Below, piece by piece: positions 47,222-57,700 of a stretch of 64,000 nt of DNA. The stretch covers positions 1 to 64,000 of the forward strand of contig JBBSQY010000009.1 in the NCBI GenBank assembly GCA_038243585.1, given 5' to 3'. Within the stretch, counting starts at the first letter, position 1. Every line of letters starts with the position of its first letter. The notes beneath the pieces are model-generated. The model ran no database searches. It was not told the DNA's origin and saw only the letters and a list, made by a program, of their open reading frames with translations. Source of the stretch: Candidatus Sumerlaeales bacterium (GTDB taxonomy: Bacteria > Sumerlaeota > Sumerlaeia > Sumerlaeales > Sumerlaeaceae). A program made the translations under genes and the position numbers.

Positions 47222-48000
47222 AACGTGATACCGAAAGTGTATTCGATGAACCGTGGATGCAGCCAGATCCGGAACGGCCGATAGTTGGCCCGCCGCCGCT
47301 TCCAGGCCCCCATGCGATGCCGGACAGATATAAACAGACGGATGCCGACAACATGGATCAGTCTGCCATGGAGCGAGTTCTGCATTCGGTCTATAGTGAG
47401 CCGGCACACAGGCCCGAAAGTGGAGAGACCGAGCTAACTCAGCTAATCAATAAGCGCCGGGCTGGACTTTCGCCTATGGTGCTAGCGGGCGTTGTTATTT
47501 TATGTGCACTTCTGGCCGGACCAATTTCTGTTCTGGGCACACTGGCGGCCGGTGGCCAGGGCTTCTTCGGGATTTTGTACCTGTTGGCGGCTGGGCCAGT
47601 GATTGAAGAGATGATGAAGCTCGGAGGACTCCTTTTTCTGCTTGAGAAGAAGCCGTGGTACATAGTAAAAGGGTGGCATATTATTGCTGCTGCCTGTGTT
47701 TCCGCACTGCTTTTCGGTGTGATCGAGAACCTCGTCTATAGCGGATTCTACTTGTCGTCGCTTAGCAGCGCGGCACGAGAAAATCTTATGCAGTTTCGAT
47801 GGACAGTGACGGTGCCGCTACACGTGGGCACAACATTGGTGGGCGCACTAGGCCTGCGTACCGCGTGGCGAGCAACAGTCGCAAAAGGGCGGCTGTTTGA
47901 TTCCCAGGTGGCCGAGCCATACATCGCTGCTGCGGTGATCATCCACGGCGGATATAATGCGCTGGCAATGCTGCTGGGTGAGTATATGACTAGTGGGTAA
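47218..48000 (+). CDS. PrsW-family glutamic-type intramembrane protease
   Basis: GPVIEEMMK, FGVIEN, PLH, IHGGYN; ATGA overlap with the preceding gene. Confidence 0.85.
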   Translation: MKRDTESVFDEPWMQPDPERPIVGPPPLPGPHAMPDRYKQTDADNMDQSAMERVLHSVYSEPAHRPESGETELTQLINKRRAGLSPMVLAGVVILCALLAGPISVLGTLAAGGQGFFGILYLLAAGPVIEEMMKLGGLLFLLEKKPWYIVKGWHIIAAACVSALLFGVIENLVYSGFYLSSLSSAARENLMQFRWTVTVPLHVGTTLVGALGLRTAWRATVAKGRLFDSQVAEPYIAAAVIIHGGYNALAMLLGEYMTSG

Positions 48001-48072
48001 GTTTTTTAGAAGTCCGGCGTCCAGGTTAGCTAAAGTTGCTTGCCGCCCTATGATGCCGCCACTATGTGCTAA

Positions 48073-49365
48073 TTAGTATAATTGCCAATTGTCGGCAGAC
48101 GTAAATTCGAATGCGGCCGTGGCCGTATCGGTGAAAGTCATGGGAATCGAAGCGCCAGCGTTTGCATCGCTGTACATGACGGTAATTATGCCTGCATCTG
48201 TGGTTTCTAAAATGTTATTAAAAGGCGATGCCGGGCCAGCTGACGTGCCCATGGATATGCTGCCAGTGTACACGTTGTCGTCGTCTGGATCGGAAACCAG
48301 CACGGTTTCTGAATCGCCCCCAGTCGCGGTTACCGCTACGACAAAACCCGAAGTCGGAAGGTTGTCCTCAACAACAGATATATAAATTATCGCTTCGGCC
48401 CCGTAAGTATCGGCGTCGGTGGTAATCCCCGGAATCAAATTCGTAAATTGACTGGTGCGGCTGACTCCCTCGCGGCCTGGTGAGTCTGCAACTATGTTGC
48501 TCCGAAAGCAGGGACCGTCACTTTCGTAGTCCCTGTCACCAGTTACAAGAATACCCTCGATTTCACTGGTTGCCGTATTAAATATAGGACTACCGCTGTT
48601 GCCCCCGTATGTGTCCGTATTGACCATGAAAATGCTTGAGTTTCTATCTTGTGTGATCCGCGTGTTTGATCCGAAAGCAATTTTTGTAGGCAGTCCGCCG
48701 GGATGGCCAATTACCCCAATGCTGGTGCTTACGGCTGGCGTTCCCTTTCGACGCAACGATTGGACGACGGCTCCCGGAGAAGTGACGGCGCGATCCAGCC
48801 GAATCACCGCATAATCAAGATCACCCACCAGCGCACGTCCCACAATAGCCGTTCCCTGGTAAACCTGGTTGGCGTTCACTGTTGATACGGGCGTGGTAGA
48901 GTTGGTCATTTTCAATCCGAAAACGAATCGCGTGGCGGATAAGTCGGGGGTATTATAGCAGTGGCCGGCCGTGGCAATAAGATCTGGTCCAACCAGGAAG
49001 CCAGTGCAAAAAGCGGCTACGGGCTGATTGGCAAACGGTTCGTCTGCGCAAGGGGGCCTGCCGAGTTGGATGTACGAACGAAGAGTTATGTTGAAAGTGT
49101 TTCCAGCGGATGGAGTTACGTTCGTCGCATTTAAAAGACCGCACGTTGACGCCGCCTGCTGAAGGCGACCGGCGTCGCTTACCTGGTACACATCCAGACG
49201 ATCATCGGTGCCGTAGATGATTTTGGGGATATTGCCCCGTTGCGGCAACACATAAGGCTGATCACCAATCTCCGTGCGCTGAGCCGCTGTTCTGGTAAAA
49301 TCGTCTGCTGCGCAAGTCGCCGGCAGCGCTAACAGCGCCAAATATATAACTAAGCGATTTTTCAT
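48073..49365 (-). CDS. Secreted trypsin-like serine protease with C-terminal beta domain
   Basis: Signal peptide; IYGTDDR, TAGHC, DYAVI, GGNSGSP; ends TSADNWQLY. Confidence 0.9.
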   Translation of the reverse strand: MKNRLVIYLALLALPATCAADDFTRTAAQRTEIGDQPYVLPQRGNIPKIIYGTDDRLDVYQVSDAGRLQQAASTCGLLNATNVTPSAGNTFNITLRSYIQLGRPPCADEPFANQPVAAFCTGFLVGPDLIATAGHCYNTPDLSATRFVFGLKMTNSTTPVSTVNANQVYQGTAIVGRALVGDLDYAVIRLDRAVTSPGAVVQSLRRKGTPAVSTSIGVIGHPGGLPTKIAFGSNTRITQDRNSSIFMVNTDTYGGNSGSPIFNTATSEIEGILVTGDRDYESDGPCFRSNIVADSPGREGVSRTSQFTNLIPGITTDADTYGAEAIIYISVVEDNLPTSGFVVAVTATGGDSETVLVSDPDDDNVYTGSISMGTSAGPASPFNNILETTDAGIITVMYSDANAGASIPMTFTDTATAAFEFTSADNWQLY

Positions 49366-49422
49366 AAAGAATCCTTAAGATGACGCGCATGGTGAGATCT
49401 TTAAGAGACGGGCGACGGTTTG

Positions 49423-50103
49423 TTATCGCTGGTTGGCGGGCGGACCCATTTCGCGCAGGTAGATAAACATCTGAACGATGCCGCGCATGATGCCGTTGGT
49501 GTCCAGATTGATCAGGTACTGGCTGTCTGCGCTTTTCTGGCGGCCCATGATCATCGCGTCCCCAGGGTGCAGGCGGCGATCTGCAAACTCCACCAGGGTG
49601 CGGCAGGTGCGGTTTTCGATGATTTTGCCTTCGATCTGTATGGTTGTGTGGCCATTGCCGAAGCCTTTGCTATAACGCTGCTGCGGGTCACCACTATGTA
49701 TTTCCGTGATTCGCGTCTCCAGGGTCAGCGCCTGCGGGCGTTTCCCGCTGAACCACGGGTCATCTGAAACAAACTTAAAAATGCCTGCTCCCTGCAACTG
49801 GCCGGTCAGCCCGGCCTGCAAGCTTGTGCTTATCTGAGTAGCGATGGCATGGTCTATCTGCGGACAGCGATAATAGGCGGATGGATCGATGCGCGTGGGG
49901 GCGACATAGAGGGTTCGGTATTCGCGCACATCGAAGGCGGGATTAAACCAGACCTGTTCAAGCTGTACCCCGCCCACATGACCAAGGCGGTGGTAATCCT
50001 GGAGATAACCGGTCTGCTGCGCGGAGGTAACCTGAGCCGAGGTGACGCCGACGGAGGCGACAATGGCAATTGTGATTAGCGGGGTAAGAAATCGAATGTT
50101 CAT
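49423..50103 (-). CDS. Exported protein, DUF3313-like
   Basis: Signal peptide, TGYLQDY, LETRITE, EFADRR; GAGG SD. Confidence 0.6.
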   Translation of the reverse strand: MNIRFLTPLITIAIVASVGVTSAQVTSAQQTGYLQDYHRLGHVGGVQLEQVWFNPAFDVREYRTLYVAPTRIDPSAYYRCPQIDHAIATQISTSLQAGLTGQLQGAGIFKFVSDDPWFSGKRPQALTLETRITEIHSGDPQQRYSKGFGNGHTTIQIEGKIIENRTCRTLVEFADRRLHPGDAMIMGRQKSADSQYLINLDTNGIMRGIVQMFIYLREMGPPANQR

Positions 50104-50372
50104 GGCCTCGAATGGGAATGCAGGCGTTGGGGGAAAACAAGGATAAAGTGGCGCTCGTGTGCGATTTCCCGTGCTGTTAAAGAATGGTCGGCCGCCGGAT
50201 TATGGCAATCAGCTTGAGCCGCTGAATCCCAGTTTGGCCTGCGGCGCGGTAAGTTTTTAAAATTAAAGTTTGACACATTCTTCCCAGATTCAGCTTCTGG
50301 CTCAGAATTATTGACCGGCCGTTTCGGCTCTTTGAAGTTCATAATGCCGAGCCTTTAGGAGAATCCCCAACG

Positions 50373-51071
50373 TTGTTGAACACAAAGATTTTGTCGCGAG
50401 CAGTCGTGGCACCAGTAGTAGTAATTTCCGCGCTAGCCTTGAGCGCCCGAGCTCGGGCCGCCGCCATCGTCCTTGACGATTTTACCAATGGCGTAAATTT
50501 CACGCGTTATAACACTGACCCCGATCCAATGCCGAACAATAGCTGGATTTGCGTAGATACCGATTTTAACACGATAGCAGAAGATGCGATGCTGGATGGC
50601 AGCAATGCGCTGAAAATGTCCGATTCACCGGGAGGCTCAAATGGCTTGTATGCCATTTTCCCGAGCGTTGTTCCAGAGACCGGAAATTACTTTGTCCGGT
50701 GCAAGGTCAAATTTCACGAAATTGGTACCGATGCGCCATTTAACTCGTTTATGATCGCATGCACCGTCAATGGCCCTCACAGAGTGGGGTCCAATACCAT
50801 ATCAACTACCCAAAGAGACTTGTCTAAAGTTGTACCAGCCGGCGTGTTGACTTCAGAAAACGATTCTGCAAAGCCGTCGCTGTATCTAGAATCAACTCTT
50901 GTTGAAGCTACCCAAGGAGCAGATATTCGTGTGATGCTGAGCACCGCTTCCAATTACACAGGTTCTTCTGGTTCTAACTGGCAGCAAAGCTATATCCTTG
51001 TGGATGAAGTTGTCCTGTTTAAAGAGGGCGACACTGTTCCTGTTTCGCTTTCGGGGTGGACATTGGAGTAG
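50373..51071 (+). CDS. Secreted hypothetical beta-sandwich protein
   Basis: AGGAG SD, signal-like N-terminus, carbohydrate-binding-module-like composition; ends VPVSLSGWTLE. Confidence 0.75.
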   Translation: MLNTKILSRAVVAPVVVISALALSARARAAAIVLDDFTNGVNFTRYNTDPDPMPNNSWICVDTDFNTIAEDAMLDGSNALKMSDSPGGSNGLYAIFPSVVPETGNYFVRCKVKFHEIGTDAPFNSFMIACTVNGPHRVGSNTISTTQRDLSKVVPAGVLTSENDSAKPSLYLESTLVEATQGADIRVMLSTASNYTGSSGSNWQQSYILVDEVVLFKEGDTVPVSLSGWTLE

Positions 51072-51165
51072 CGGCGCCCGGATATCCAACAAAATCCCAA
51101 TAGAAACCATGCACTGGCCGACAGTAAGTAAATACGCAGCTTTTCAATTGTAGGGGAGAGAAACT

Positions 51166-52161
51166 ATGCTAAATAACCCAGACTCCCTCTCCCAATGCGT
51201 CGTTAACTTTGTTCGTAAAGATTTCGTGGTGGTCCATCCGGAGTGGACGGTTACCCAGTGCCTCGAAAGCCTTCGCGGCGATCAGGAAACCGGGGGAATC
51301 TTTTATATCTATGTATGCGACCAGGACGGCGAACTGCTTGGTGTGATCCCTATTCGTCGAATGCTGGCGGTAGATCCGAGCACTCGCGCGGAAGATATTA
51401 TGATCAAGCGGCTGGTAACGCTGTCGGACACTGCTACGGTTTTTGACGCGTGCGAGCTTTTTATTTTCCATAAATTCCTGGCTATTCCCGTGGTGGACGC
51501 CGAACGGCGACTGGTTGGGATTGTTGACGTTAACGTTTTTACAGAAGAAATGATGGACATGTCTGGACATCAAAAGGCCGACGACGTTTTTCAATGGATA
51601 GGCGTTCGGATGGAAGTGCTCAGCAATGCGTCGCCGCTCCAGGCGTTTCGATACCGGTTCCCCTGGCTTTTGGCTACAATGAGCAGTGGAGTCGCGTGCG
51701 CTGTGCTGGCCGGCTTTTATGAACAGACTCTGGCCGATGCTGCCATTCTCGCGATGTTTCTGACTGTCGCACTGGGCTTGGGCGAGAGCGTTAGCATACA
51801 GTCTATGACCATGACCATGCAGGCACTCTCAGGACAAACGTCTCTTAAGGAATTTGTTAAGAACCGCCTGATGAAAGAAGTTCAGACTGCTGCGCTGCTG
51901 GCGGTTGCTTGCGGCGCGATCATTGGCGGCGTTTCAATCTTTTGGCCTGGCGCGATGGCGCTCTCTATATCCATCGGTGTCAGTATCGCTATAACCATCG
52001 TTTTTGCCGGGCTTACGGGCCTCGCGGTTCCTACGGTTTTGCACAAGCTTGAGCACGACCCAAAAGCAGCTGCTGGCCCCATTACGTTGGCGATAGCAGA
52101 CTTGGCGACTGTTTTTCTATACCTCACGGCAGCGACCATCGCGCTGAAGCTCGCTTCTTAA
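51166..52161 (+). CDS. mgtE: MgtE-family magnesium transporter (CBS pair plus TM domain, lacking the N-domain)
   Basis: YIYV...LLGV, AIPVVD..RLVGIV, RFPWL, DPKAAAGPITLAIAD. Confidence 0.85.
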   Translation: MLNNPDSLSQCVVNFVRKDFVVVHPEWTVTQCLESLRGDQETGGIFYIYVCDQDGELLGVIPIRRMLAVDPSTRAEDIMIKRLVTLSDTATVFDACELFIFHKFLAIPVVDAERRLVGIVDVNVFTEEMMDMSGHQKADDVFQWIGVRMEVLSNASPLQAFRYRFPWLLATMSSGVACAVLAGFYEQTLADAAILAMFLTVALGLGESVSIQSMTMTMQALSGQTSLKEFVKNRLMKEVQTAALLAVACGAIIGGVSIFWPGAMALSISIGVSIAITIVFAGLTGLAVPTVLHKLEHDPKAAAGPITLAIADLATVFLYLTAATIALKLAS

Positions 52162-52334
52162 GCATTTTTGGTATAGGACTGAATCAATGAGCCAGCATTG
52201 ATTTCTATGGTAAGGGTGATTTTCGATGCACAGTAATTCAGCTAATTAGGCGTCAGAACGATTTGATTTGATTTGACACCGCCCTGTGATTTTTGCGTTT
52301 TAGTGTTTTCTAAATCTGAATGTCTGTTATTTCT

Positions 52335-53570
52335 ATGCCGGAACTTATTGTAAAACTTGAAGATATAATCCTCCAGACCTGTCGGTTTGATGGAGATCTT
52401 ATTCGTATCGGGCGGTCTCGTGAAAACGAGGTCGTGCTCGAAAATTTGAGTGTATCGCGCCACCACGGGCAGATCCGCTTCCATGACGGTCGCTTTACCC
52501 TGACCGACCTCAACAGCGCTAATGGAATCCGGGTGAACGGGGTTCGTGTTGCGAAGATTGAGATAGTTGACGATGACGTCATTACTATCGGGAAACACAA
52601 AATCATTTTCCGGGGTGATCCAGCCGAAAGCCCCACGATCATAGATGATCCCGCCGCAACCAGACCCCCTTATAAGAGAAAAGTTGCCCCCGCGGAAGCG
52701 AAATCCGAGGCGTGGGTTACCGTGGATTCAGGTCGCTTAAAGGGCCGGGAATTCCGGATTTCGAAATTTGAAACAAGCTTTGGCAAAGCGCCGTCTAACG
52801 ATGTGGTGCTGACGGACGACTGGCTCCTTGGTAAGAAGCAGGCCATCATTCTCCGCAAAGGGAACGACGAATTCGAAATTCAGGATTTGGGCGGTTTGCG
52901 GAAGGTGAAAATTAACGGGGACGCTATTTCCGGACGCGCTATCCTTCAGCCTGGCGATGTGCTGGATATGGGAGGCACCAGGCTTCTGTTTAATATGGAT
53001 GGCTCAGTGCCGAAACTTTCGCCAACGCCAGTGAATGGTAATCCTACTCCGTCTGAGGATTCGTCAGAGGAAATTGAAGTAGCGCCAATGTTGGCTCAAG
53101 CCGCCCCGTTTGAACAGTGGGCGGAGAATGAAAGCCTGGACATTGAAGATTTTAGCGGCACCATGAGCTTGGGAGTCCCCCCGGAAACCCCTGCAGGTGA
53201 GCAACCATCGGCCGGCGAAAAAGTAGACGCGGCTGTCTCTGCTTCTGCTCGCAACGAAGCGTCGGCGGCATCCAGCGGCGCGCAAAAGGAAGCTCCGGAA
53301 GGTCGGCAACGAAAGGGCGGGCGCGGCAAGCGTCATCAGCGAGCCGCACAGAAGGCGGCTGTTTCTCAGGCGGCATCCGCTTCGTATCAAGAACCAGCCA
53401 GCCCCTCCGAGCCAGAGGCTGCAAACATATCGGAACCTGCCGCATTACCTGCCACAGATGACAAGGAAGTAAAAATTTGGGAAGCGGCTCTGAAAAGTGG
53501 CAGCCCGGCCATACGCCGCCAAGCGGCTCGCACTCTGAAAAAGTTAACCGGGAGAGATTATGAAGCCTGA
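52335..53570 (+). CDS. Cytoplasmic tandem-FHA protein with disordered linker and C-terminal helical motif
   Basis: FHA1 IGRS..N...VSRHH..DLNSANG; degenerate FHA2; start 52320 or 52335. Confidence 0.85.
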   Translation: MPELIVKLEDIILQTCRFDGDLIRIGRSRENEVVLENLSVSRHHGQIRFHDGRFTLTDLNSANGIRVNGVRVAKIEIVDDDVITIGKHKIIFRGDPAESPTIIDDPAATRPPYKRKVAPAEAKSEAWVTVDSGRLKGREFRISKFETSFGKAPSNDVVLTDDWLLGKKQAIILRKGNDEFEIQDLGGLRKVKINGDAISGRAILQPGDVLDMGGTRLLFNMDGSVPKLSPTPVNGNPTPSEDSSEEIEVAPMLAQAAPFEQWAENESLDIEDFSGTMSLGVPPETPAGEQPSAGEKVDAAVSASARNEASAASSGAQKEAPEGRQRKGGRGKRHQRAAQKAAVSQAASASYQEPASPSEPEAANISEPAALPATDDKEVKIWEAALKSGSPAIRRQAARTLKKLTGRDYEA

Positions 53571-54309
53571 TGTTGTCGGGCCGAAACGGGTCGCAATTTT
53601 TTCAGATATCCACGGGAACCTTCAAGCGCTGCAAAGCGTATTAGCAGAACTGAAGACGGAGAATGTTGATTTTATCCTCTGCTGCGGAGATGTGGTTGGC
53701 TATGGGGCCAACCCTAACGAATGCGTCGAATTGCTTCGCGAAAATAAAATACCTACCATAGCTGGCAATCATGATTTCGCCGCGCTTAACCTTGTAGATA
53801 TTACCTATTTCAACGATATCGCCCGGGAAGCAATTCTATGGACACGCAAGGAACTGAAGCCTGAAAACCTTGCGTTTTTGAAAGAATTGCCGTTGTCTGT
53901 GGAGATGGACGATATGCTCTTTGTCCACGCCTCGCCTAACAGTCCTGAGAGTTGGAATTACATTATTACAATGGGGCAGGCGCGTACGGGTTTCCAGTAT
54001 TTTACCGAGAAAATCTGCTTTATCGGTCATTCACACACGCCCTTTATAGTCGAAAATAACGACGGAGACCTTGGGTGTCCGGATGTGCCGCACATTCATT
54101 GTAAGGACAATTGTCGCTATCTTGTAAACGTGGGCAGCGTGGGACAGCCTCGCGACAGAAACCCTGATGCCTGCTATGCCATCTATGATCGGGAGTCCCG
54201 TACCATAGAAATTCGGCGAACTACCTATGACCTGGCTACCGCCCAGGCGTCTATTGTATCGCAAGGGTTGCCGGTCGAGTTAGCTGAAAGATTGACTTAC
54301 GGACTGTAA
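53560..54309 (+). CDS. Calcineurin-like metallophosphoesterase (PPP-type)
   Basis: SDIHGN, GDVVGYG, GNHD, HAS, GHSH, NVGSVGQPRD. Confidence 0.92.
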   Translation: MKPDVVGPKRVAIFSDIHGNLQALQSVLAELKTENVDFILCCGDVVGYGANPNECVELLRENKIPTIAGNHDFAALNLVDITYFNDIAREAILWTRKELKPENLAFLKELPLSVEMDDMLFVHASPNSPESWNYIITMGQARTGFQYFTEKICFIGHSHTPFIVENNDGDLGCPDVPHIHCKDNCRYLVNVGSVGQPRDRNPDACYAIYDRESRTIEIRRTTYDLATAQASIVSQGLPVELAERLTYGL

Positions 54310-54764
54310 TTTAAAGAATTTATAAAATGCATCAGGGCCACGTGAATTAAACTACCTATAGACGTCCCACCCTGGTAGATTACACCGTCTCGCCTATGAA
54401 AGCATTATATTCGACAAGGTCTTCGGAGTTCCGGACCGGACTCCGGCTACCGCTCGGACGTAACCTTTAAACGTAAGCATCGGAACGTGGGCTACTTCAA
54501 GCTCGGTCTCTGCGAACCAAATTTTTACTTCTTCATAATTATGAGCCGACCCTTTCTGAATCGAGCTCAGCGGGTAATGTGATTATTTCCTAAATTAGGC
54601 TGTGTCACAATTTCCCCATGAATGTTGTCTTTAACGATGAATTCGTTGGGGGAAGCTGTGCTTGCTTGTCACGTGTAATTACGGGATGCGGAGCATTTGA
54701 AATCCTCCCGCCTTGGGCTGTAGGCCCTGGCCGGAACAGATGTTAGAAGAAGGGAAGTATTGTC

Positions 54765-57700
54765 ATGAAGAAAAAGAATGGTCTGCCCGAGGCAACAGGA
54801 CTCTACGATCCAAACCATGAGCATGATGCCTGTGGCGTCGGATTCGTTGTGGATATTAAAGGCAGAAAATCTCATGACATTATAAGACAAGCTCTTCAGG
54901 TGTTGGATAATCTTACCCACCGCGGGGCCTGTGGCTGCGACCCGGATACTGGCGACGGAGCGGGAATCCTTTTTCAGCTTCCCCATGAGTTTTTTAAGCT
55001 GGAGTGCGCAAAGCTGGGCATTGACCTGTGCGAGGCTGGACATTACGGGGTAGGCATGATGTTCCTTCCTGTGGAGGATGACATCCGCAGGCAGTGCGAA
55101 GCGACCCTCGAAAAGGTAATTAAAGCGGAAGGACAAACCCTGCTTGGCTGGCGGGATGTGCCTGTCAATCCGGCTGCGGTCGGACCTGTGGCCCGTGAGG
55201 CCATGCCGGTCATCCGCCAGGTATTTGTTGGTCGCGGCAAAGAAACGCAGACTGACGATGAATTTGAGCGTAAGCTTTACTTGATCCGGAAAGTCGCTAA
55301 TTACCAGATACGCACGAGTGATCCGGATAGTACTGAGCTGTATTACGCATGCAGCTTCTCCAGTCGGACGATCATTTATAAAGGGATGCTGATTTCATAT
55401 CAGATGGACCATTTCTTTCCCGACCTGAAAGATCCAGCGGTCGCAAGCGCTCTTGGATTGGTGCATAGCCGCTTTTCCACCAATACCTTTCCGAGCTGGG
55501 AACTGGCACATCCTTATCGCATGATAGCCCATAACGGCGAGATTAATACGGTGCGCGGTAACCGCAACTGGATGACGTCTCGCTTTCCATCGTTGAAGAG
55601 TCCAAGGTTTCCGAACCCAGAGGAACTGCGACCCATCGTGACAGAGACCGGCAGCGATTCTGCAACGCTGGACAATGCGCTGGAGTTTTTTGTGATGGGC
55701 GGGCGCGACTTGACCCACGCGGTAACCATGCTGGTGCCAGAGGCGTGGACGGGCGATCCCGCCATGGATCCGGCTAAGCGGGCCTATTATGAGTACCACG
55801 CCTGTCTAATGGAACCTTGGGATGGCCCAGCCGCTATCTGCTTTACTGATGGCGTTCAGATTGGCGCGACGCTGGATCGCAATGGTTTGCGTCCGGGCCG
55901 CTATTGGGTCATGAAAGACGGGCGACTGATTTTTGCCAGTGAAACCGGAGTGCTTGATGAGCCGGCTGACCAGGTTCTCTATAAGGGGAAAATGCAGCCG
56001 GGGAAAATGTTGCTGGTAGACACGGTGGAAGGTCGCCTCATCGGCGATGAAGAGATTAAAGCGGGTCTGGCTGGAAAGGCCAATTATACTGCCTGGATTC
56101 GCGACAACGTCATTGAACTGGATGATATTCCCGATCCGGCACCGGAGAAAATTCCGCATCCCAAAGGGGAATCGCTACTCCACCTGCAGCAGGCATTTGG
56201 CTACACCCTGGAAGATCTGCGCATCCTGCTTGCCCCTATGGGCGCGACCGGCATGGAAGCTCTCGGATCCATGGGTACGGACACGCCATTGGCCGTCCTG
56301 TCTGAGCGCCCGCAGCTGCTATATAGCTATTTTAAGCAACTTTTTGCCCAGGTTACTAATCCGCCTATCGATTCCATTCGCGAAGAGATGGTGATGAGCA
56401 CGTGGAACTACCTGGGAAAGATGCATAACATCCTGGAGGAAACTCCCCAGCATTGCCACCTGGTGCGAGTAAAACACGTAGTGCTTACGAACGAGCAGCT
56501 TGAGAAAATCCGTTCGGTGGACGTTGGCGATTTTCAGTCAGTGACACTACCTATGGTTTTTGACCCGGCCGCCGGGGAAGCTGGACTGGCCATGGCGCTG
56601 GAAAGCCTGTTCGCAAAAGCCGAAGAGGCGTGCCGCAAAGGCGTTAACATTATTATTTTGTCCGATCGCGACGTTGACGCCGAACACGCTCCCATCCCGG
56701 CGCTTCTGGCGACGGCGGGCCTGCATCACCACCTGATTCGCGCGGGCGTGCGTGGCGACGCGGGCATTGTTGTTGAAACAGGTGAGGCTCGCGAGATGAT
56801 GCATTTCGCGTTGCTGATCGGATATGGCGCAGGGGCAATTAATCCTTACCTGGCGTTTGACACTCTTGACGAAATGCTGGCAACCGGGCAGATCCCTGAG
56901 GAGTTGAACCCGGCGGACCTGAACCATGAAAAGCTGGTGAAGAATTATGTCAAATCCGTCGATAAAGCGATACTGAAAATTATCGCTAAGATGGGAATCA
57001 GCACAGTTCAGAGTTATCAGGCGGCCCAGATATTTGAGGCCATAGGTCTAAACCAGGAAGTGATCGACAAATATTTCACATGGACGGCCTCGCGGATTCA
57101 GGGCGTTGGCCTGGAGACGATTGCCCGGGAAGTTCTGATGCGTCATCACCACGCTTATCCGGAAGATCGTACGAATCAGGTGGATATGCTGGACTGGGGC
57201 GGTCAATACCACTGGCGGCGCAACGGCGAACACCATCTGTTCAATCCGGACACGGTATTTAAGCTGCAACACAGCACGCGAACAGGCGATTATAACGTGT
57301 ACCGGGACTATGCACGCTCTATTAACGAGCAGACGAAACACCTGTGTACGCTGCGCGGACTGTTTAAGTTTAAAAAATGCAACCCGGTCCCCATTGAGGA
57401 AGTGGAGTCGATTGGTGAAATCGTAAAGCGTTTCGCCACCGGCGCCATGAGCCTTGGTTCCATCAGCACGGAGGCCCATGAAAATCTAGCCATTGCCATG
57501 AACCGCATCGGCGGCAAGAGCAATACTGGGGAGGGCGGCGAAGATCCCCGGCGTTTTGAGAAAGACGCCAATGGGGACTGGCGCAGGTCGGCCATTAAGC
57601 AGGTCGCCAGCGGGCGTTTTGGTGTGACGATTCATTATCTGAACAACGCAGATGAACTCCAGATTAAGATGGCCCAGGGCGCGAAACCCGGCGAGGGTGG

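Noticed and set aside
50100..50342. 80-aa minus-strand ORF
   Set aside because: Lies in a divergent promoter region with no recognisable features
54396..54470. 24-codon ORF as a gltB leader peptide
   Set aside because: Not enriched in Gln/Glu codons, no SD, no attenuator layout
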